Assembly (NCBI GenBank): GCA_043228905.1
Contig: JBHGNT010000013.1
Span: forward strand, 19,406,001 to 19,470,000
Length of the DNA stretch: 64,000 nt
Origin: Azolla caroliniana
Taxonomy: Eukaryota; Plantae; Polypodiophyta
Reading direction: 5' to 3'
The translations under genes and the position numbers were made by a program. Below, in pieces: positions 53,038 to 62,674 of this stretch. A model generated the notes under the pieces. That model was not told the origin of the DNA and did not search any database. It saw only the letters and a list, made by a program, of their open reading frames with translations. Position 1 is the stretch's first letter, and every line of letters starts with the position of its first letter.

Positions 53038-56000
53038 GAAAATTGTTCTTATTTAAAGTTTTATGTATCATTATAATGGCCAATTGATATAACTTGTTAA
53101 ATTCATAATGCATTGAGAAAAAACATTAATAATTTGTTTCATACCGAAACCAAAACCAAACCGTGAAATCGTGGTTTAACCAGTTTAGCAGTTTAACGGT
53201 TCTAGTACTTCAAGAACCGTTTGGTTCAGGTTTGAATTTCGTGCAACCGGTTCGGTTTAGACGGTTTTGTGGTTTGGTTCAGTTCGATTTGGGTTACAAC
53301 ATTTTCTTAACGGTTCGGTTCAAACCGGTTTGGGTTTGAGGCTTTCGAACCGAACCGAACCATTGCCGATTGTTACGCATATGCGGCAAGCACGTCTTCT
53401 TCTGGTCCATGCCATCTATCATTAAGCACATGTATTGTTCGGGTCTCTTTAAACACTTCTCTCTATGATGCATCGCCTTCTTTCGTTCTAACGATTGTGC
53501 CTCACGATGCTCCTGTAGTAACTTCTTACTCATATCCTTGTCCATTGATGTCTTTGCACCTTTAGGCAAACTTTTAAGATTTGCACAAATGGAGCAATAC
53601 CCCATGTGTACTTTACGTGGAATGATAACATTTGAAAACCGAGCTCTCCATAATCTTGTGAATTAGCTATACGAGACAGATTTATTACGTGAGCCCACCA
53701 TATTAGAACGATAGACATCATGAACTTCCCGACGTGTGTAATTATCAGAGAGGTGCATCCTACCTGTAGTGGGCATTACTTCACAATTTAACTGAAAGTA
53801 ACTTTTCATCCAACCAATAACATGTCTTCCAATTGCACCTTTCGTACTTGGAACCTCTTTACAATTGAGCATTTGATCCCCGCTAAGTAGACGTTGTTGT
53901 ACTCTATGTAGCAGCATGTTACTAACACATAACGCAATTTTGAATGCAACTCTACATATCTGTTGTGCATGGAAGATATAATACTCGAATGATACTTTGA
54001 TCCCCGTACATTTGTCAGACACTAGTTGCATATGTGACATGAGGTAAGTGTCTTGCTCATCACCAGTCATCGAAAAATAGTATCGCCTTAATTCGCACAA
54101 CTTTGATTTTCCAATCATAGACATATAACCATGGGCACAACATATTTTTTTGACATCAAATCCAATCTGCTTATCTGATGTCACCAAGTTAAATCTAGCC
54201 AGACGAATTCTTCGTGGGATTCTTCTAATATTCATAGGGCTTCTAGATTTCTCTTCCTGCATAGAAGTTGGTGTAACCTTGTTACTATCCAATTCTTTGT
54301 TGTGACTATCGCCCATGATATTTGATGTTTCATTGGCACTACCTTCATTCTCCGTATCTTTATTAATATCGTATTCTTCAATAGAGAACTCTTCACATGT
54401 GTCATTATTCATATGCGTTGTAGGTGAAGATGAGCTCAGACAATATTCTTCAATAGAAAATGGTGAGTTTGTCGACAAACAATATTCTTCGATAGAAAAT
54501 CGTGAGTCTGTCAACAGACAATACTCTTCAGTAGAAAACGAAGAGTCTGATGACAAACAATATTCATCAATCGAGAACAGTGAGTCTTCACTCATGGCTT
54601 AAGGTCCACACAGAGCTCTTTAAGTTATGTGCTTGGGCTAATACAAAAAATTGATAAGCTCCTCTCTAAACATAAACTCCTCTCTAAACAAAAGCTCCCT
54701 CAATATAATGTCTATATAATTTAATATTATATTAATACAATAAATAAAGATAGTATTTTTAATATAATAATTGTATTCAACTTATTAATAATTACTTAAA
54801 CTAGTCAGTATAAAGTTAAATAAATATTTTTTTTATACCTTATTAATCCGATAATATATAATTCAAATTAAAATTACTTTAGCCATCAAGTATAATATAA
54901 TTACAAGCCATATATATGTTGGTACAAAGCACACAGAGCACGAAGCACGAAAGCGAGATCTCCCCCTAAATATCGACAAGATCAACCATGTCTTCAAAGA
55001 AAATCGAGCTCCAAGACTCCAGGTAAGCCTCTGACACTCCAGACATTTTTGTAAATATGTTTTAGCACTCAGGAACTCAATACGTCGTATCAAGTTCTTG
55101 TATAAAACACATACTTTACACAGGAACTTGATATGCCGTATCAAGTTCTTGTGCAAAACACAAACTTTAAACAGGAATTTTGTGTCTTTGGGGGTACAAT
55201 TTAGTTTATGTGTGAAAAGATACCAAATTTTATGTCCAATTCAGACTTTTTTAGTGACATTTGCTATATTTTGTAACAACTAGCGGCCTTACTTAAAAAG
55301 GTTTTATGACCTATAATAGCTTAAAATAATAGAGAATAACCCGTGAATTACCTTTATGATACCAAATTTAAGTCTGTCGTATGCAAATTCTCTACAATAT
55401 GGATATGGAATCAATATAAGCCATACCTACCCTTCAATATGATGCATATCCTTGTATAATTATTAAGATACATATCCTTGTATAATTTTCAAAGTTGAAT
55501 AGCCCTTACTAGAATTAATTTTCGAATAAAGGACTATCATGTTCGCTCAATATAAGATTGATATTTATAGTTTGCCACAAATCGCCCGCTAGTTTTTGTC
55601 TTCATCTACTTATGTATATTTTAATATACAACCTTAATCTATATTTTAATATGCAACCACCTAACTTATATTTTCGCATGACCTTTTTTTAAATAGGTCA
55701 TTTGAGAACTTGTCAGACCGACCTGTGAAGAAGATAAAGCTCTAGATTCAAGGCTCTCCAATTGAGACCCAGAAACTAATAGTTCCTTAGAACATGAAGA
55801 GAGGAAACAAGTTTCTCTTCAACGAGGAGACAAAATCTCAACCATCCGATGATGTCAGCCAAAAGAAAATGTTAGCAGCTACTAGTGGTGAGGACCTTCC
55901 TGACCGTGATCTAACGGACAAGGAATGGTGTATGCAATACGTCGACTCCAAGAAAAAAGTCGTGTTGTATACAACAAAGAAGAAGGGCGATGGACATCTT

Positions 56001-57288
56001 GAAAATGAAACCGCATTTATGTATGGCTGATTTTACTACGAAGATTCAGATTCGGCCAACATTCTTGTAATGATAGAGTGCTCTAAGGGGGTACGTAAAG
56101 TGTACCTTTCTAAAGATCTACTAGTAAAGGAATCTTGTGGGCCAGAATCCTTTAAAAAAAATCTAGAAAGCTCACAAAACCTTATTGTCACCTTGAGGCC
56201 TTATATACAAGGCCATGAAACTCTAAGGGAGCCCTTGCCCTCCCTAGTGAAGGCCTCGAAAAGGGCATCTAAAGTGCAATCAAGACCACTAAAATATCGG
56301 GCTCCGACTCATCAAGCTCAAACGAAGATGAGGACACTAGGGGGACACCAGGAGCTGAGCTAGCATCGGGTGTATTGTCATCCGAGCAGAATAAGATACG
56401 AAGAGAGTTAATGCAACGTAAATTGGTCAGAAAAGGGCAAGTGTTTAATTTTCCTATAACACACATCCATCGGCCCCCTATAGATGAAAAAACAGGACGA
56501 AGACCACTTGAGATCAGAGAGCCACACCGAATGCATGATCAAAATCTCAAGAAAAAAATGAAAATTAATCCACATGTTACCGTTGTGCCTTTTATTGTTA
56601 TGGTGGATCCCGAAGAATGTGCAGCCATAGAAGAATTCGACATAAGAAAGCAGGATCAATACAATTACTTTGTAATTGGTGGATCGCATTCGGCGGAGGC
56701 ACGTCGGCAACTTGTGAGAGAACATCCAACGACTTTCTTCTTCAAGTCTGCCGAGTGCAAAATTTACGTGGGCCTCACAACTGAAGAGGCAAAGCGGTTG
56801 GCATGGGACCACAATAACGATAATGACTATAGGCAGAAAATGTGATCGATTGAGCGTATAAGGTTCTTCCACCACGAGTACTTGGACGTCAAACAAAAGT
56901 TCGGTGTGAAGCTACATCCAGGCCTATGATGTCAATGTTTGCATGAAGTCGGCATTGTGGTGGATGATAATGTTAAGTCCGATGGTCTTCGGAAATATGA
57001 GTCCTGGTTTCAACTTGCCTTTAGAGATGGAGAAGTATGGGGCCTACAATATCAAATCTTCTCAATGTGGGAGAATAAGGAGGTCAAGGGTCAACGACAA
57101 AAGAAATGTAAGGTAGACTCTCAACTAGAGTTGAAGTCACAAGCGGCCAAGAAAATTGATTTGACAATTGAAGAAGCGGCTGATGACATGAAGCTGTCTC
57201 TGTGGAGAGCAATGCAAGGTATTAAGGACGAGCAACTTCTTGTGTCTGTTTTGTCAAGGGTTGTGGCGAAAGATTTAAGCCTTGAAGA

Positions 57289-57723
57289 TGTTAACTCTTA
57301 GGGCCAGATAATGGCCTAACACAGGGTGTCTACGGAAGACATTTCACCAAAGGGTGTTACGGCAAGAGGATTAGGCTCAACGATTAATCCGACTTAATTA
57401 GGTTACTTAGCAAGATCGTCCTTAATAATCACACGCGTAAGATATAACAATGAATGCAAAACGGCAATTAACACAGAGAGATAAAAAACACTAAGCTTCA
57501 TTAATTATCCGCTGCTCATTACATTGTATCCGGGCCTTTAAATAGGTTTCCGGTTTGTCGTACAAAACGGTGCCATCCGCACTTGTTCGGGATCGGTCCG
57601 GATTCGGAACGGCATACCGATTCCGGTTCGTCTGTCCACACTAATAGCTTACTTACAACCATTCCTTAATAATTAAATAACTCCATCGTTTCACACTCTG
57701 GACTCCTATGCCGACCGGTAACA
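57289..57723. mobile_element. Solo LTR (435 bp) inserted in the methyltransferase gene
   Basis: TGTTA...TAACA ends and a 5-bp TSD GAAGA/AAAGA (1 mismatch). Removal restores ...LSLEEMVIEFN. Confidence 0.85.
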
Positions 57724-58746
57724 AAAGAAATGGTCATTGAGTTCAATAAGTAAGTCTTTCAAATAGTGATATTGAATTCAATATGGTGCAATTGAAAGTT
57801 CTAATCTCGTTTTCTAATTTCACAGTCATAAGGTGTACATGAAGATCCAAGAAGTTATGATGAAACAACTTGGATGTATAACTTGGGAACAAGTGACTGA
57901 GGATTATCCTCTAACGTCTTCATATAAGGTGTTATCCGAGTATTTTATTGCATTCAAGGATTGGGTTAGTATTGGTGTCTTATCATTAAGCTTTCCTCAT
58001 ATGTCTTAAGGTTGTGTAATAATACTTGATGTCTTATTGCTTCTATTAGAAACCGTGTCGTGGCAAGAAACAAGGAGAGGTTAAGGATATACACGATTTC
58101 CCGACATCCTTCCTTGCATATCTCGAGAGAGCTAGAAAAGAAAAGGATCGTCGCTTAGTCAAGGCATACGAAATTGAGGAAGATGGCTCCTTCAAAAACT
58201 TTAGCGTTGTCGTTGACATGATCCAAAAAGTGCCAAAGAAGGAATATACGCTAATGATTGTTGATATTCCATATGGATTTCGAATGGCGGGGTCATCATA
58301 CGACGATGAACCGTTTAGGTTTAAACAGTTAGAGAAGATGGTCAAGGATTTTGCTAAGCTAACGATTGCATCCTTGTGGAGAATAGTTGTCTTTCATAGT
58401 ATGGACCAAGGGTACTTGATAGCTCAAGCTTTGAGATCTCGTTGCCATGGCATCGAGAAACTTGCATGGTAAGGATTATTTATATGTCGCATTCACTATA
58501 TTGCCTTTCTTAAGATTGTTCAATCTATTCTTAACTCGATGTAATATTTGTTATAGGATAAAAACCAATGTAAATAGAGGGCCAACCTTTTGGTCCGTAA
58601 ATGCCATTGAATACATTACGGTTGGCTACTTCGATGAAATTAAGAAACAAAGAATCAAGGAGCATTTTATTGAAGTGGGAGTTTCAAATCAGCTGGTATA
58701 TCCAGCAGTGACACGAAAATTGCGACATGTCACCACGATAGAACGG

Positions 58747-59768
58747 TGTCGTGAAGATTTTCGGCAATAGTGTGAAAATCCCATAAAACGTACAAAATCG
58801 AGTATGAATCACGTAATACAATAATTGTGAAGATAACATTTTTAATATCTAAGTACAAAATGATGGAGGTTTCGAATGCACTTTATTACACGAGAAATGG
58901 ACAACTAAATGTCAAGATATGAGGGTATAAAGTTTGTGAAAAGAAAAGAGAAAATTGTGAGATATCCCACATAGGCACGACAAATACAGCTCTCATCATA
59001 TATAAGGTGGAGCAAAAGATATTATCTTTGTGTCTATGTGTGGAGCATAGAGAGTTCAAGGTAACTTGAACTTAGAGTGGAGGTGGCTAGCTACTCGAAA
59101 AGGGTTTTGGCCAACCAAAACCCGGACCGGCGATGGAGCCGGTGATCTGACGGCATCCGACCGCAATCCGGCGGCGGCATGCGGCATCGGTATCCGGCGT
59201 CGGCATCCGGCGTCGACACCGGTATCCGACGGCGGCATCCGGCGAACCGGCGACTAGATAAAATAAATATATAAAAATATATACATATTTACATATACAA
59301 GGAGGGCAAGTATGAATTCGAACCTTGCACCTCCAAGTTAGGAGTCAAATGGCTTACCATTAAGCCATGGTATTTAGTTAAAATTATATTTCTATCATTA
59401 TACTTTTACATGTAAATTCTCATCCATGAATGCTAAAATGAGTGACATGGTTAGCATGCACCACATGTAATACTTAAGCGCCAAATGGCAAACATGCAAT
59501 TTATGCATGTCTTGTACCCTCACATGCATCATATGCATGAGAGCATCTATAAAAGAGGGAAGGGGGAGGAGAAAAAGATGGTTTTTTTTATGGAAAATTA
59601 AGAAGAAGAAATTCATTATCAAATCAATCGTGTAATCTCATCTTCTCTCTTTCCCAATCTATCTTAAGTACTTTCTCGCCAAAGCTTGTATCGACTCTAA
59701 ATCCTTCTGGTCCAGAACCCCGGCGGTTCCGCCTCACGATCCGCGCGTAGTGACGGATCTTCACGACA
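58747..59768. mobile_element. Probable solo LTR (1022 bp) inserted in the methyltransferase gene
   Basis: Perfect 12-bp terminal IR TGTCGTGAAGAT / ATCTTCACGACA and a 4-bp TSD ACGG. Removal restores the frame ...HVTTIERELVNPYQKP. Confidence 0.85.
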
Positions 59769-62674
59769 ACGGGAACTTGTTAACCCATACCAAAAACCTC
59801 AACGACTTATAATGCGCTTGATCGAGATGTTTTCTGTAGAAGGAGATTGGATATTAGACCTCTTTTCTGGCACAGGTATTCCTCAAACTAGGTTAACGAT
59901 CTTGAGATAACCAATATTGAATCTTTTTTGTTTGAAAACTAATTCTTTTTGTTACTTTCTTCACAGGGACAATGTCTACATGTGCATTGAAGCTCTTTAG
60001 AAACACAGTTGCGTTCGAGAAGGACGAGGAGCAAGTTATATTTATAAACATGAGGATTAAGACTTTGTGGGAGTGCCTAGACCAGGACGAGGAGGTTGGT
60101 GCAAAGAACCTCATTGATACCGAAAGGTTTCAACCTGCTTCGTGAGAGCCTATTCCTCCGTTAGTCGGGGAACCGGGGGAGCTACTAGAGCTTGATGATG
60201 AGCTTATAGAAGATATTTCGTTGGCTCGCCTAACATGGGAAGACAATGCACGTATAGCCGAAGAGACTTCTATACAGGATGAAGAAGAAAATGACATTGA
60301 CAATTTGCTTGCTATGTAATAGACTCTTTTGTTCACGAAATGTATTGTTTGGAATTCACATTATTAATACAAATTTTGGGTTTTACTTGGTGGATTCTAT
60401 TCTTTATAATCTTCTATATGTTTCAATTTTATTTCTATATACTTGGTTAGTAGATTTATGACATTGGTTTCACTGCGTGCATTGTTGACTACCAATATGG
60501 AGAAACATGAAGTAGTTTAAATTAAGGCTGATTTTGGTCAAACTTTACCTTAACATGACATGGTCGTAGAATTGTTGCCATGATTGTCCATGTTGTTATT
60601 ATGGATCTTTGTCTTCTATTGTTAAAACTATTATGTTTCTCTTCCATTGGTGCTTTGATTGTGACTAGTGTTATCGTTCGGAGTTTGATCCACTTTGAAT
60701 CCCCTAAAGAATACATTAGATCAATTTTAAATACAAGTATGAAAGCCTTAATAGGTTTGTTATTTCCACCACATTATCCCAAAGTTCATTGTCTTACATT
60801 GTCCACAATTATATATATATGGTTTGATCCCATACGAACAAACTAAGGAATAGATTAGATCAACTTTAAATACAAGTATTAAATACCTTAATAAGTTAGT
60901 TATTCCAATCACATTATCCTAAAGTTCACTATCCTACATTGTCCACAATTATATACATGCGAGTATGGGTCAAAGTACACCTCATATTTTTGTAAAACTT
61001 ACCAAATTAATATAAGTCTTTAACTTCGTGTTTCCCATGTCGCACATTAGTGAGATATTGAGCCATTGTTGAACTTTATTATGCTTACATTAACTTATCA
61101 ACACATCCAAACTTATTTGAATTTCTAATGATCTCCACTCGTAGACCTATCATGTATTTTTATATTTGCAAATTCTAATAAAATTTTAGAACATGTGATA
61201 CTAGTGCATCCAATTTTTGTAGAGAGGATTCTTGTATTAGAATGCGTGATCCTTCCACTTGTGAACGTGAACGTGTTATTAGCACAACATCCAGATTTGG
61301 GTGAATTGTGTCATGCCCTGTTTCCACATAGCCGGGTCGATTGGGCTTACATAGCTCTCGAAACCAATCTTCATGAGATGTCATGTGGTTGGATGCACCT
61401 GAGTCGACAAACCAATCATTATCTAAACTACGAGTGTTGGTTGGACACGATGTCATCATCGAATACGCTCTATGCTACATCATGAACATTTTGCCATGAT
61501 CGTCGTAGTTAGAATTTGAGGCGTAGTTGGTGAGTTGTTGGCTTGCGAAGGCCAACTCACTCTATTTCTTTCGACACATTGCCTTGTAATGATAGAATAT
61601 GCCACAGTATCCGCATTGGAAGGAGTTGTTTTGTTGGCTTGTTCTGGCATGATTGCTCCCCCTTCTTCCAAACGTTTCATCTCGTGTGGTTGCAACAACG
61701 TCTTGCCGGTAGTAGAAATTTTGTTCGCAAGGTTGTTCTTGGTTGTGTCGGCTTTGACCGACTTGACCTCTTCTTCCACAAGTTTGTTCCCTTCCTCCAT
61801 CCGAGTTCAAATAGAGCATGTGTCCTTCTTGCACATTGCTCCTCGTTCAGACGTGATTTTCTTCGACCAACAACATAGACTGGATATCAAAGAAGGAGGC
61901 AGGATTCTCTATCATGAGGACTAGCGACCTTATTGCGGCGAACTGGGGTGCTAGGCCATCGAGACATATTTACACCATTTCATTATCGTCAATGTTGACA
62001 TTGATTGACCCAAGGGAGTCACACAACTCCATGATCTTCAAGGTGTAGTTCGCGATTGAGATATCCCTTTGTTGGATACTGTTCAACTCTTGTTGGAGTT
62101 GAAGTTTTCGTGTTGTTGTGTTCGCGGCAAATATCTTTTTGAGGTTCCCCCACACCTCCTTCAGCTTTTTGCCCTCTCAGATGTAGCCGAGCATGTGATC
62201 ATGAACGCATGATGCAAGGCAGTACATCAAGCGAGTCGTCGCTTGTTCCCAAGCTGGGTGGTCGGCATGTGCCGGGTTAGGTTGATTTTCTTGTACTCCC
62301 AAGATGCAAAGTTATTTTTGTCAAGTTTCTCGGTAAGAAGAGTGTTCCCCATCTGAGTATTCATGGTAATCGATTTGTATGGAGTGATTTTTCTTCTTCT
62401 TCTTCTTCTTTGATACAAACTGTGCAGATTGTTGCTACAACGGTCAACCGGTTCCTCGTGCACGTCGGCGTATATACAACACACGTGGATGAGCTTGGAT
62501 TAAGCTACCAATCACTCTAATACCATGTAAAGAATCGAATATGATTTTGTGAAGAGGAAGGTGTGTGTATGTGTGTGTCGACACACACACACATAGAAAA
62601 CATAGACTTATGCAAAAAACTAGAGAACTATATTAACAACAAAATAAGATAACCAACGATTACAAAGAGGAGGT

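Larger units (their letters stand above)
48241..53375 (+). mobile_element. hAT DNA transposon (5.1 kb) with captured gene fragments
   Basis: TIRs TAACAATCGGCAATGGTTC / GAACCATTGCCGATTGTTA, a perfect 8-bp TSD CGCATATG (48233-48240 and 53376-53383), and AACCG/CGGTT subterminal repeats. Confidence 0.97.
46666..54595 (-). pseudogene. Sola-like (DUF7869-type) DDD transposase, split by the hAT at 48241-53375, several in-frame stops
   Basis: Reconstruction: CCAHG...CRVAF...MGYCSICANL...LMIDGMDQKKTCLPHMR|RLPKD...LYIQLDNTARENKN...FLLVGHTHDHIDQMFS. The frame continues across the hAT TSD and through stops at ~53663, 47488, ~47191 and 46819 to TAA at 46666. Superfamily assignment rests on the motif pattern plus the 4-bp TSD. 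Confidence 0.8.
54988..60319 (+). pseudogene. Transposon-borne ParB/Srx-like domain + beta-class N6A/N4C DNA methyltransferase gene; predicted exons 54988-55022, 55697-57749 (solo LTR inside), 57826-57964, 58050-58468, 58557-59875 (solo LTR inside), 59967-60319
   Basis: YFVIGGSHSAEARRQL (ParB-like, ~56665-56715), YTLMIVDIPYG (motif IV, 58263-58274), LAW|IKTN, and ELVNPYQKPQRLIMRLIEMFSVEGDWILDLFSGTG|TMSTCALKLFRNTVAFEKDEEQVIFINMRI (motifs X, I-III). Introns are GT-AG and in phase. There are several stops and one frameshift (~56150-56290). Confidence 0.85.
46291..61277. mobile_element. ~15-kb (about 8.4 kb without nested inserts) TIR DNA transposon, Sola-like, carrying a transposase and a ParB-like/DNA methyltransferase gene
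   Basis: Left end AACATGTTCGTGTTCACAAGTGGAAGGATCACGCAT; reverse complement of right end AACACGTTCACGTTCACAAGTGGAAGGATCACGCAT (33/36). The 4-bp TSD ATTA is at 46287-46290 and 61278-61281. Removing the element rejoins the copia pol sequence (...AAT GTC CCA TTA AGC AAA GAG = NVPLSKE). Confidence 0.93.

Noticed and set aside
54988-60319. Bacterial or phage contamination as the source of the ParB-MTase
   Set aside because: The gene has in-phase GT-AG introns, contains solo LTRs, and lies within TIRs nested in a plant copia element.
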